A stretch of DNA of 64,000 nt, taken from the NCBI GenBank assembly GCA_043228905.1, contig JBHGNT010000018.1, positions 16,058,001-16,122,000 of the forward strand, read 5' to 3'. A program made the translations under genes and the position numbers. This document shows positions 11,228 to 24,699 of the stretch, in pieces (positions within the stretch are counted from its first letter, which is position 1; every line of letters begins with the position of its first letter). A model generated the notes under the pieces. That model saw only the letters and a program-made list of their open reading frames with translations, did no database searches and was not told the origin of the DNA. Source of the DNA: Azolla caroliniana. Taxonomy: Eukaryota > Plantae > Polypodiophyta.

Positions 11228-14200
11228 GTGGAGCTGGTAGCTATGGTGAAGAAGAAGGCCATCACATATCAGGCTGATGAAGCATCTCCTAAAGCTTGGC
11301 AACCTGATTCATTTGGCCACGCAGCAGCAAAATCAAAGAGATCAGCGCCATTGCCGTTGCAGCTGCCATGGTTAGATCGTGTTCTCCATCCAAAGTTTCA
11401 ACAGCATCTGGCACAATCACACTACTAAAATTCAATCCAGGTGGAATTACCATCATGCAAGGCATGTATCATCCATAGCAACTCACACCTCTTCGCACGA
11501 AGCCTAAAAAATCCTCTCCAGCATCGAGAGGGCAAGAATGATGGGCTTATGTGGGTTGTTGAAAAACCACTTTATTTCTGACCAGATTGGAAATTGAGAA
11601 GGCTGGAATACCAATTCAAGAGCCGAGGAGAAAAGGAAGAGGAAGAAATAGAAGCAATGAAGAGGAAGGAGAAGCAACAACAATCGAAGAAGAGGACAGA
11701 AGAGGAGAAAGAAGGGAAGCGCGCAAACGGCAAACGAAAAAAGGACTAAAGGACAAAAAAAAGGACTAAAGAATTTGAAAACAGGAGGGCCCATGACTAA
11801 GTTTCATAAGGGTAGTTAATATAATTTTAGAAAAAACCTGAGGGGTAGGACATAGAATTTCGGAAACACAAGGATAGAAAAACTCATCACTACTCACACT
11901 AAGGAAGAAAAACATATAGATATATACACACCCACATACACCCACAATCATTGATAAACCTAAATGACGGTACCACAGTGGATAAGACGATTGGTGTGCA
12001 ATCCAATCATGCGATATTTTGACCGAATGAGAAGGTTCGGGTCAAGCCAGCTCCGATCGAAGTTATCGATCATAGAGCAGTAATTCAGTCGAGGGATTTT
12101 TGATCGTGAGAGAAGAGAAGACCGATGGAGTTCTAGTCAACGAGAGTTTTTCGGCATCGGCTTGTGGGTTCAACGTGCAATGCACTGTCCCACAGGCGTT
12201 GCAAGTGTTATCCGTATAGGTGTACGGGAGGGTTAAGGTGTAATGTGTATGGTGTGTAAAGTCTAAGGTGTGTAATGTGTATGAGTGTGTGAGGATGAGT
12301 ATGTGTATGGACACATGCACAATTATGTGCATGTGTACAAGAATGCGTAACGGTCTTATTTATAACGGTCATGTGACCGTTACATTAGATGTATTATATA
12401 AAGCCCTTATGGGCATGTAATGAATATACTCTTTTCCCCTCTCATTTGATGTCGTTTCTTATTTTCAATCTCTCCTTCTCTCTCTCTATCGTAACCCCCT
12501 TGGGAGGGGGGTGAAGCCTTCACCCCCCACCCCAACAACAGAGGTCGAAGTCAAGGGGGAGGCCTACGTGCTTCTATTGTGAGAAGCCCAGACACTTCCA
12601 GAAGAATTGTCGACACTTCCAGAAGGAGAAAGGGGGAGCCGACAATGCCGACTCGAAGAAGGGTCCGGACTGGAAGAGTTCGGATCAGAAAGGAACATTG
12701 GCAATTGCAACAAGTGAAGAATTGTTGCTTATCACCGAGGAGAACGAGTTACATCTTGTCAGCGACGAAAAGACGTGGGTGGTCGACTCCCGAGCGTCGT
12801 TCCATCTGACCCCCGACCGGAAGTGTTTCACATATTATGTAGCCGGAGATCATGGGTGTGTAAGGATGGGAAACGAAGGTGTATGCCGAACTGTCGGCAT
12901 AGGAGATGTGTATTTGACTACATCAACCTTTGGCAAACTATTGTTGAAAGATGTCTGACACATTCTGGAGGTTCAACTGAACCTGATATCAGCCGGTCAG
13001 CTAGATGATGAAGGCTACACCGATATCATCTAGAATGGAGTCATGAAGTTTAGCAAAGGGAGCCTGATCGTGGACTGAGCCCAGAAGATCAACACCTTGT
13101 ACTTGATGCATGCTTGGATATGCCTGGAGGAAGTGAACATAGCTTCCAACATTGCCAGTGAGTTGTGGCACAAGAGGTTGTGCCACATGAGCAAGAAAGG
13201 GATGCGTAAACTTGTTGAGGACAACCTCATTCTGGAGGTGAAATGTGAGCAACTTGAGAGGTGCACCGACTGCTTGATCGGCAAGCAAAACCAAACCTCT
13301 TTCCAGATCAGACCACCAACGAGACGAAAAGAACCACTAGAGCTTTTGCATACTGATGTATGCCAAGTGGACACGAAGTCCCATGCTAGGTCACAGTACT
13401 TCATGACGTTCATAGATGACCACAACAGGAAGTTGTGGGTCTCACCACTGACGACGAAGCATCAGGTATTGACCGTCTTCAAGGAGCTCCATGCAAGAGT
13501 AGAAAGAGAAATCGGTCAGAAGTTGAAGGTAGTTTGAGCCGACAATGGTGGAGAGTACCAAGGACAGTTCAAGGAATACTGCCGATCAAAAGGAATACCG
13601 TGCCAAAGATGTCGGAGCTAAACGGATTGGCTGAAAGGATGAACCGGACTATAATGGAGAGAGTCCACAGAGCATGCTAGCACCCTACGTAATGACGACG
13701 ACCTACGTGATAAACAGATCACCCTCAGGGTTTAGGGTTTAGGGTTTCCATACCGTAGAGAATATGGACCGGTAAAGGCGTGTCTTATCGGCATCTGAAT
13801 GTATTTAGTTGTGTCGCATACATACATGTAGCAAAGGACATGAGAGTGAAATTAGATCCGAAGTCCCGGCCATGCATATTCCTTAGGTAAGACGATGATG
13901 AGTTTGGCTACTGAGTGTGGGACTTGGTTGACAATAAGGTCTTGGTTAACAAGAAGGTCTTCCGGAGTTGAGACATAGTCTTCATGGAAGACAAGACCAT
14001 TGCCGACTGGGAGTCGGAGAAGAAGACAATGGATTCCAGATCAACCGGCCGAGATCGGTTAAAGGATATAGGAACCCATCCAACCGGAAGCCGGATGACA
14101 CTCGATAGACCGACCGGTTCTGGAAAAGGAACCGAATCGACCAAAGAAGATCCGGACACCGAAACCCGACAAGATCCCAAACCGGAGTCGGATGAAGAAC

Positions 14201-14731
14201 CAGTGTAAGAGAACCAAGGAAGAAGATATCCTCTCAGGGAGAGAAGAGCCCCCCTTGAGATTTCCGGAAGAATAGTGCATATTGTTAACTGAAGAGGGGG
14301 AGCCGGAAAGCTTTGAAGAAGCAAAGAACAACACCACAACCACAACTAGTTAAGTGCCATAAAGGATGAGAGGGATTCCCTGTATGAGAACCACACATAT
14401 GAATTGATAGAGCTGCCGAAAGGAAAGAGAGCACTCCGGAACAAGTAGGTGTACAAGCTGAAATCGGGGGGAGCCGGAAAGCTTTGAAGAAGCAAAGAAC
14501 GACACCACAACCACAACCACAACTAGTTAAGTGCCATAAAGGATGAGAGGGATTCTCTGTATGAGAACCACACATATGAATTGATAGAGCTGCTGAAAGG
14601 AAAGAGAGCACTCCGGAACAAGTAGGTGTACAAGCTGAAATCGGGAGACGCTAGAAATCCACCAAGGTACAAAGCCCGCATTGAGAAAGGAGTGGATTTC
14701 GATGATATATTTGCCTCGGTAGTAAAGATGA

Positions 14732-15181
14732 TGTTGAGAATCAAGCTCAACATAGTGCAATGTGTGAACACACCTTTTGAGAATCTATGATTACTCAAAG
14801 GTCAAGAGTCACACCACTACTCTCTACACATTAACCATGTGTCATAGAATCATATTCTATGACACATAAATAATGAGTTACATATTCCCCATGACTATGA
14901 GTCTTCACATTCCCTGAGAGAGAGTAGTTGTTGTAGTTAGTTAATGAAGAGAGAGGGTGACTATATATAAAGCACCCTTCTCCTACTTTATACTATGTTG
15001 GGTGGGACTCCTTGTAATGCTACATTTTGTATCTACTATTCTACTTGTGAATATACACCTTCTCTTGAGTATTCCTTTTTCTATCTATCTTGTGTTCTCT
15101 CTTCTCTCCTCTAATTCCTCTCACACATACACATAACACACATCTCTTCCGCTACACAAGAATCATACCCGATTCTTTATA
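14732..15181. mobile_element. Solo LTR inserted in the copia RT
   Basis: Starts TGTTGAGAATCAAGCTCAAC, with TSD GATGA (14727-14731 / 15182-15186). Removing it restores VVKMTSI. Same start as the LTR at 47377. Confidence 0.85.
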
Positions 15182-17615
15182 GATGACATCCATCCAAACG
15201 GTGTTGAGCATTGCAACAAGCATGGACCTCGAGGTTGAGCAGTTAGACATCAAGACGATGTTCCTGTATGGTGACCTCAAAGAAGAGATCTACATGCAAC
15301 AGTCAGAGGGATTTGTCAAGAAAGAGAAGGAGCACCTAGTGTGCTGGTTGAAGAAGAGCTTATGCAGACTGATGCAAGCTCCCGGCAATGGTGCCGAAAG
15401 TTCGACTCCTTCATGATCAACCAAGGATACCACAAGACGCAGGTTGACCACTACGTGTTCGTGAAGAAATTTGACAGAGGCGACTTCCTAATACTCCTGT
15501 TGTATGTGGACAACATGCTAATCATCGGACCGAACTGAATCAAAATCGGGAATTTGAAGAAGGCTTTGCACCGGACCTTCTCAATGCAAGATCTGGGTCT
15601 AGCGAGACAGATATTCGGGATGCACATAGTCCGGGACCGGACGAAGAAGTTATTGTGGTTGTCACAGAAGAAGTACGTGACCAAGGTGCTCGAAAGGTTT
15701 AGCATGTCGAATGCGAAGCCGGTCGGGTTGACACTTCTATCAAATTGCAAGATTTTTGAAAAACAAAGCTCGAACACAAAGGCAGAGAAGTCGGAAATGA
15801 TGAAGATACCGTATGCCTCTGTAGTCGGAGTGGTCAGCCGGTTCATGAGCAATGCGGGAAAGTGGATACTTTGGTACTTGAAAGGCACCTCGAACATGTG
15901 CCTCCAATTCGGCTCCGGTAAACCCCTATTGGAAGGCTTTACGGATTCGGACATGTCGGCTGATGTAGATACCAACCGGTCCATGTCCGGATACATCATG
16001 ACTTATGCAGGGGGAGCAGTATCATGGCAATCAAGACTGCATAAATCGGTGGCATTGTCGACAACGGAAGCGGAATACATGGTGGTTGTAGAAGCCAACA
16101 AGGAAGTATTTTGGATGAAGGACTTCATCGAAGAGCTAGGGATCCGACAGGAGGAATATTGGCTCTACTACGATAGTCAAAGTGCCATCCACCTTGCAAA
16201 GAATGCGGTCTACCACTCTCGGACGAAGCACATCCAAAGAAGATATCACTAGCTTCAGGAAAAGGTAGAAGACCAAGACTTTGCTCTCACAAAGATCCAT
16301 ACGGAGGAGAACGGATTGGATATGCTGACCAAAGTGTTGTCAACCGACAAGCTGAACGCATGTCAGAGACGAATCAGACTAACGAAGACCCCATACCGGA
16401 GTGAAGGGAGAGATTGTTGAGATACCAGTCCCTTCGGATGGGGATCGGAGAAGCTGGAGAAGAATGAACCAGATCGGAGTGTCCGGAAGGATATCCGAAA
16501 ACCGGATTAGATGCACCTGAAAGGGGTTCGGTTGGATCTTATATGAACCGGAAGAGAGATAGATATGTAAATATGTTTCTTATGGGCTGTTGAGGTCACA
16601 TTTGTAAATAGTCCATAAGTTATATGAGTATAAATATAACTAGGGCAAATGGTTGCATATATGTAGTTGTTGTATTGTTGTACATAGGGAGTGATAGAGA
16701 GACAAAGAGAGAGTGAGAGAAACAGAAAACATTTCATGTTGTAACCGTCGGTTGGTGAAGACAAAGCTTGAGATCATTGCCTATGAGTCTCCCATTGTAC
16801 CCTTCCTCTCTATAGTGAGTCTGCTCGAAGTTAGAGAACTCCCGTGGTTTTGCCTCTCGAGGTTTTCCACGTTAATATTCTGTGTCATCTTATATCATGT
16901 GCAAGTGTTCATCAATCTACTTTGTCTTTTTTATTTCTTCCATTGTGTGGTTGAAACTCGGTTGTGGCCGATTACTTACAAACATAAGAAATTACTAGCA
17001 TGTCCCTTTTTGGTAACTCCTTAAAACACAAGGGATTATTTTGGGTAAATACTTATGATGTCCCAACTTTTGAAAAGTTGAGAGTAATCTGAATATCCCT
17101 CGGTAGTATGGTGATAAATATGCAGTGTAGTTTCGGTGCTATTCCTTAACAATAGAAACACTAATCTGAAGTCAATTCGAATGCAATCCATGTATCATTT
17201 AGCTACGCAGAGTTCAAAAAGAGACGTATAGGCTGCCTACCGATCCTTTTATCGGGCATTAGTTTTACTTTTCACGGCAAGATGATTGTCTGTGTTAGGT
17301 GACAGGCAGCTGGTGTAGAATAGGAGTGGGGTTGGTCAAGGTGGGCGAGGCCGTCCGCCCAAGGTAAGGTTATGGAGAACTGCCCAAAATGGAATATGGG
17401 GTCACTTGGGTTCAGGGGTATTCTCAGTAATTTTGTGAAAGCGTGGTTTTAGTGAGAGGGGTATGCGGGGAATAAAAGAAATGGAGAGGGGTGAATTTTC
17501 TGGTTAATTTGCGCCCCCCCCCCCCCCTTCCTCAGAGCTATGGCTATGGCGATGGCGATGGCGATGGCGTGCTGCAGCAAACAGAGCTAGAGAAGAACTT
17601 CCCCCCCCATCTTGG

Positions 17616-20600
17616 ATGGAGGCCTCTGGGAGGCGACGTGGGCGATGGGACGAACCTGAGCCTGAGAAGCGCCCATGGCATAGTACTCCAGACATCGCAG
17701 TTGCAGCCGGAGAGATATCAGACCAAAGAGAAGAGGAAAGGCCAGAAGAACAAGAAATAGAAGTCGAAAGAGGAAAGAGAGAAGAAGAAGGAGAAGAAGA
17801 AGAAGAAGAAGATATGGTATCAGGCGGTGGAAGCAGCGGAGACAAAGGTATGGATAGTTTTATGTCTATTAAAAATAGAGATGGTAACTTTGAAGAGAGA
17901 GCAAGGGCAAGTGGGAAAATCCAGGATGATGATGAGGATGATGATAAAATTATGGTAGAGAAGAATGAGTTGTATATGAGGGAGGTGGATGTGGTTAGAT
18001 TTAGTAAAAGTAGAGGTGTTAGTGTTGAAGTGAGGGATGAATTGTGTATTCGAGAGGTGTACAATGTTAGATCTAGTAAAACTAGAGATAGTAGCATTGA
18101 ACCGAGAGGGAGATTGAGTGGTAAAATTGAGGATGAAGATGATGATAACGATGAGAAAAGCCGGGCAGAATGGGATGACTTGTATAGAGAGGAAGAGGAT
18201 CATGATAAGAAGAGGGGATGGAAAGATAATTCAAAACTGGGACGTGGTGGGAAGAGGTCATGGAGTCCTGACACAAGACGGAGAAGCAGGATGGATTATG
18301 ATGATTTTGATCGAGATGTATCGGATGATAGGAGGGATGAAAGGGTCTATAGAAGAGACAGGGATCATCATAGGGATATGGATAGAGATAGGGACAGAGA
18401 TAGGGATCATCATAGGGATAGAGATAGGGACAGGGATAGGGATAGAGATAGAGATAGAGATAGAGATAGGGACACTGGATTCCATCGCGAAAGAGATTCG
18501 GATTTCAGAACCCGGGAATCTTTCCATGATGAAAGCGAGTTTATTAGAGATAGGGTTAGAGATAGGGAGCTACACAGGCAGAAAGACGGGCCAAAAGAAA
18601 AAGAAAAGGATGTTGAGTATAATTATGAAAGAGATGCATGGGAGACTCCGAGGCAAGATGGCGAGAGACCTACAAGAAGCCACAAAGATGGAGAAAGGAA
18701 AGATAAAGATAGAGGTAGTCCACAAAACTCTGGTATTATGAGTGACAATATAGATAGAGGAGATCTTGGCCGTACTTCACCATTTATATCAGGAAGGGAG
18801 AATGGACCCTCGGGAGAATACTTTGGAAACAATGGTGATGATGATTGGATTGGCGACAAAAGAATGCGACTTGGGGAAGGCGAATTCCGTGATAGGTATT
18901 TTGAAGAGGAAGGTACACCTGGTCTAGATCAAAATTTTGGTTATGGTGGAAGGTCGAGAATATCTAAAGGATCCCAGGGTCAACGAGGCCGGGGAGGTGG
19001 CCCAAGTGGTAATGATGGTCGATCGCCCTTTCCTAGCAATCAAGGTTCAATGATGAGAGAGATGCAATATGGTGGAAAGATGGGAAGGGGTAGAGGGGGA
19101 TGGAAAGGAGGAAGAGGTGGCGGTGGTAGAGATGGTCAAAGAGGTAGCGGAATCCCACCACCTATGATGGGACCAGGTCCTGGCCCAGTTCCGCTTCCTG
19201 GTTCTGGACCCGGTGCAGTCATGGTGCCTCACTTTGGAGGGCATATGGGGCCACCTGGGTCTATACCAGTAATGGGTCCAGGTGGTTTTCCAATACCCCC
19301 TTATGGTGGATGGAATGGAGGTCGAGGAGTTGGTGATATTGGCATGCATCATGGCCTTCCTGGCCCTACTAATATACATTCTCAAGGTGCTCGATTTGGT
19401 CCAAATATGAGTCCAGGTCCTGCACACAATGTGTTTTATAATTCCCCCGGGCCTGGAAGAGGGGCATCAAATGTTCTTCATGGACCACCTTATGGAGGAG
19501 GGCCTTCTTTTGGAGGTCGTGGAATGATGCCTGAGAGCCCTTCCAACCACATGATGCCTAAGGTCAATGCCCCTGCTGGATTGGCTCCATCAAGAGGGGA
19601 ACAAAATGATTATGCCCAGCATTTTGTTGACACCGGCTTACGGCCTCAAAATTTCATTCGTGATGTGGATCTAAGCGATCGGTTTGAGGAATACCCCAAG
19701 TTGAAGGAGCTTATCACAAGGAAAGACAAACTTGTTTCAGACAATGCTTGTCCACCTATGTATATGCAAATGGATCTTCGTACGACTGAACTTTCTCCTG
19801 AGATTTTTGGCACCAAGTTTGATGTTATACTAGTGGATCCACCTTGGGAAGAATATGTGCGTCGGGCACCAGGTGTCGGTGACTCTATGGAATGGTGGAC
19901 ATTTGAAGAGATACAAAATCTCCGAATCGAAGTAATATCGCTTATCACTGCATGACTGAATTCTAATTGAGACAGCTGTAACTTGTTAATTTTTTCGTAG
20001 GCAATTGCAGATACACCATCTTTTATCTTTTTGTGGGTTGGAGATGCTGAAGGCCTTGACCAAGGAAGACATTGCCTTAAGAAGGTCTGGTATTTATTTT
20101 TTGTCATCTACTTTTGAATTAAGGGATAAAACATGGATTTCATACACTTATTGACATGATTTGGCAGTGGGGTTTTCGAAGATGTGAAGATATATGCTGG
20201 GTGAAGACAAACAGAGAGAATCCAACACCAGCCTTGCGCCATGATGCAAGCACTGTTCTTCAACATTCCAAAGTAAGCTGCAGAAAGTTAGGTTGGGTTC
20301 ATAGATAAGTTTTAGTAGCCTTATATAAGAAGTATCTGATTATGCATTCTGTGGCAGGAGCACTGTTTGATGGGAATTCGAGGCACAGTTCGGCGAAGTA
20401 CAGATGGACATATTATTCATGCAAACATTGACACTGATATCATTATCTCTGAAGAACCATCTTATGGTAAATATGACACTCATTTGATTTATCACCCAAT
20501 ATTGCTTCGTATTACTACATGAAGTCTGCTAGACTTGGCTTTCCCTCACCTCCACATCTTTGGGAATATGTATCTGGCAATCATCACATATATCTACATC

Positions 20601-20986
20601 TACATCTACAACTATATCTATTTCTTTATATGTATCTATGTATCTATGTATCTATGTATCTATGTATCTATGTATCTATCTATATATGTATATATCTACA
20701 TCTACATGTGTATGTATACAACCATTAGCTGCGTTAAGACTTGCACACATCTTTATTCACATAAATACAACCCATTGTCAAGTATATCAATCAGAAAGGT
20801 GCCATGGTTATGGCATCAGAAAATGCAGAACCATTCATTGCTCATATTGATGACCTTTGCCTCTGATAATTAGTTAAAAGACATGTATTTCATGTATAAA
20901 GTACGGTTTAGATCAGATATTCTAAAACATACTCTTCATAATCTTCTGTATTTAATGTATTCCAAGTATTTTGCGTTTTAAAAAAA

Positions 20987-21042
<56 letters not shown>

Positions 21043-23340
21043 TATAATAATAATTTGGCCTAATAATTTCTTCCAAGATGAAACAATTTCTTCATTAAGC
21101 AAAGTTTCTCGCATGATCCTTTCATTACATGAAGTTTTTTGTGTGATACATGTATGAATTAGAGAGATGAAGTCATCCAAAGTTAGGAAAACAATTGTTA
21201 GATGCAGTGCAAATATTAGAAGTATTTAATTTATTTCACATTTTCTACGTATTCTAAGTATATTATCATTAGAATATGTATTCTAAATATTTTGGAAAAA
21301 AGGTAGAATACTTTTAAAACACTTAGCATACATATTGTATGTATATTTATGCTGAGGATTTTACAACTATGCTGCCTATATGCATATAAATTAATGAATC
21401 CTCAGCGTTGATGCCAAGTTATCCTTTGGATCTGAGCTTTTTATTCCACACTTCTTAACATGGCCCTTTCTGTATCATGCTGGATTTTCTGCCTCATTCT
21501 TCTTCTTTTCCCACACATAATATTATTATGAACTTTGAAGATTTTCAATACAATTTTAGTGCACAACCGTGAAGTCATCAGGTGAATTTATTAGTCCGAG
21601 GTCAGAGGCCCAATAATTGGCTAGTTAGATGGGATGCCGATTCATTTGACTAGGACTCAACATTTCGGCAGAAGGATGATAATTATGCACCTGTATCTCA
21701 ATAAATTAATTTGTATTTTGTCTGTCTATTTTTCCTTTGAAAATAGAAATTTAGCTCATGACATTATTTCTTTCATTCCACAATGCCTTTTTTTCGTTAT
21801 TTTCATTTTGATCATCAATGACACCCCATGTTTCAAAGGTGAGTGCTGAAAATTCAATTCAGGAACCAGCTGATTTTCTTAAACATTGACTCACAGAACC
21901 ACTTATAAGCTGTCATTTCTTTATAGCAAAACCAAAGAACGTGTTTCATTTGTCATATTATATACTTTTTGGCAGGGTCTACAGTAAAGCCAGAGGAACT
22001 TTATCATATCGTGGAACATTTTGCTCTCGGTAAGCGACGGCTTGAGCTCTTTGGTGAAGATCATAACATCCGTGCTGGTTGGATAACGGTGGGGAAAAAT
22101 CTGTCATCTTCAAATTTTAATGCACAGGTAAAAAAGCATCATCCATCCTTTAAATCTATAAATGTTTTAGAGTCGGTGTAAAAAACTTGCCATCTTCAGT
22201 AATATCAACGAAGTTCAATTAAGTTATACCCTGATCATCCTGGTATTCTTTATCAAGCCCATCTTCCTCAGACTTTGGGAAAGAAATACGTTTATGATAT
22301 TGTTGCCATTCTAAGATTGCATCAGAAGGATGTGCATGTGAAGCACCCTCAGGGAATGTTGCAATATACCCACAAATGACGTAAGGATGTGAGAGTGTGA
22401 AAACTTAACTGAATATGTGGAGAACATGGATAAAGCAATACCTAATGCATTGAAAATTTTGGTTCATGTTGTATATCTACCTTCTGTCACTCATCTCTCT
22501 CATTTGTTTGCTCTCATCACACTTGTCCTTCCTGGTCCTGGTGCTCATTGTTGGGTTAACCCCAAATCTGTGGATTAAACATGATTTTTTGCTATTTTGA
22601 ATATCAACCACCTTGGTAAGTGAAAAACAATATCTAGCATAGAGGTAATTTGAATATTAATCACCTCATTAAATGAAAAATGATATGTTTGTTGCAGTGG
22701 TACATTGTATTCAAAACTAACTCGTTATGTGAGAATAAATAATCTATTGTTTATGGTAGTTGGAATATAAACCACTTCATGAAGTGAGAAAAATATCATC
22801 AATCCTCATGATGTGTTTGTGATGTTTTCTTTGTAGACATATTGCAAATTTGTTGGGGATGCAGATGGGAAGGTGTGGCAAGGAGGCCGTGGAAATCCAC
22901 CCGTGGAGGCACCTCATTTGATAGGTACGACACCTGAAATAGAGGCACTTCGCCCCAAATCCCCTCCTCCCAGATCTCAACAGCAGCCACAGCAATCACA
23001 AGCTGCGAATTCAGCTTCTCAGCCTTCCGCCGCTGCTACTAACACCAAAAAAGCAGCCAATGCTTCTCAAGGACCAACATCTCATATCTCTCAATCTGTC
23101 ACATCTTCCTCTGTTATTGTCATTTCCACGACCTCCCCAGCCCAGGGTCCTGTCTGGGGTGGGAATAGTGGTCAAATGAGGCTGGCTGATGAGGAGACGA
23201 CATCTTTGCGGATTGAAGAGGTGAAGTCAATGAGAATTGAGGAGGAGAAATCAATGAGAATCGAAGTATCTGCTGTGAAGATTGATCAAGAAGATGAAGA
23301 TGTATTGAAGGATGGATCATCATATGTGCTTGGTCAATGA
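17616..23340 (+). CDS. MTB: mRNA m6A methyltransferase subunit METTL14/MTB (MT-A70 family); exons 17616-19931, 20001-20084, 20168-20272, 20358-20466, 21976-22127, 22837-23340 (~1089 aa)
   Basis: [90 protein letters not shown] and [16 protein letters not shown]. All introns are GT-AG and keep the frame. Confidence 0.95.
20990..21045. repeat. (TA)n microsatellite in MTB intron 4
   Basis: Directly visible. A TATCTATG repeat also lies at ~20630-20690. Confidence 0.95.
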
Positions 23341-24699
23341 ATCAAATTTGAAATGTGACATTTTGAGAAATCTATGAGAGAGCTCAACCTGTTCTGAAGA
23401 TGAATTAAAAGATGATGAAGAGGTATTGATGGATGGGTCATATGTGTGCTGGTCAATAGACGAACACATAATTTAGAAATTTACAGCCAATCAGGAAGAT
23501 CAAAAGGTATTCAGGGATGAATCATCATGATTTCTCAATGTGCCTTGGTCAGTATATAGTGCCACATTTGCTGACCTGACCTATCAAGAGGAAGTGGTGT
23601 TGCACGAAGGGTCATCATTATTTCTAGATGTCCTTTCTCAATTCTCATTTTATGACATCAATGAGAATTGAACCACCAATCAAAGACGACAGCGAGGTAT
23701 TGAGTGATGGATCATATGATTTTTTCATGTCCTCTGTCAAAAACTAGTGTTTCACATTTTGAGAATGCTTCAAAGACATGGTTATGGTGATGAATTAAAG
23801 CACATTGCTGGTGAAATCTATATTTTTTTATCATTATCTGTATAATTATGTAGTGCTAAATTTGATAGAAAATCTCAAGATATGAACCACAAAATTACTG
23901 TAATTCACATTCACAGGTTTTCAAGATGTGGTCTTATATTTCAAAATTTTACCACCGGAGAATGTTTTAACTATGCTTAGGGAGGTATTAATCTTCTTGT
24001 AGCGTGACCTAACATTTACAATGATCTCAAGCATTAAGCTCTGTTCTTGTAGAAACATTGAATGTCAAGATGATATCATTAACTTCAGTACGGGATTGCT
24101 TTATACCATCAATTCCATAGGCTTCTTAACATGATTATTAGGTCAATGGTCATGTCCACCTGTTTGTGATGGAGTAAGGTATAACTTTCTCGTTTGTTTG
24201 ATTTCCGAAGCTATTTTAATGATTGTCTTGTAAGTAGCCCCATGTAAGACACAACCGGAGGGAAAAAATATTTGGTAATTGTAATGTGTGATTTAAAATT
24301 TCTTGTGAATGCTTATTATGTTCAAGGGATGTTTGAAAGCTTGAAGTTTTTCTCACAATTGCGGTGTCCTTGATCATTAAATTGTGCACTAGGATCAAAA
24401 TTTATCATCTGTTCTAAATCAAATTTGTTTGTCAAATCTACATAGGCAGATCTGTTTGTTCAGCAACATCCACACAAAACAAAAAGTTTAAGACTCATTT
24501 TGTCTTTGAAGTCTCATTTCTCTTTCTGTCTATGGAATATTTCCTTTCTAAAAGTAAAAATATCACTGTTCAAGCCTCCATTTTTTTAATTGTCTAGTGT
24601 CTAATGATTCCGAAACTTAATTTTCTTTGTTTGTGTTCCCTTCAAGATGTTTTAGATGGTGGGGTTAAACAATGTTTGACAAAAAATACATTAGTTCAG

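Larger units (their letters stand above)
4033..12540 (+). mobile_element. Non-autonomous LTR element (LTRs 4033-4324 and 12206-12540) carrying host gene fragments
   Basis: Two related TGTTA...AACAACA LTRs and a 5-bp TSD GAGGT (4028-4032 / 12541-12545). PBS-like TGGCATGCCC after the 5' LTR. No gag-pol of its own. Confidence 0.85.
3829..16980 (+). mobile_element. Old degenerate copia (host of nested insertions): gag 3829-4032, resumes at 12541, pol to ~16404, PPT, 3' LTR 16415-~16980
   Basis: VVTLGNAGP..KSSLLDEEAR at 3829. The gag rejoins across the GAGGT TSD (..GTRSKSRGRPTCFYC). Integrase, RT (LLYVDNML) and RNaseH motifs follow, then PPT GAGTGAAGGGAGAG and TGTTG. Confidence 0.85.

Noticed and set aside
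17616-19955. 779-aa ORF as a complete protein
   Set aside because: It reads into intron 1. The MT-A70 domain continues in five more exons.
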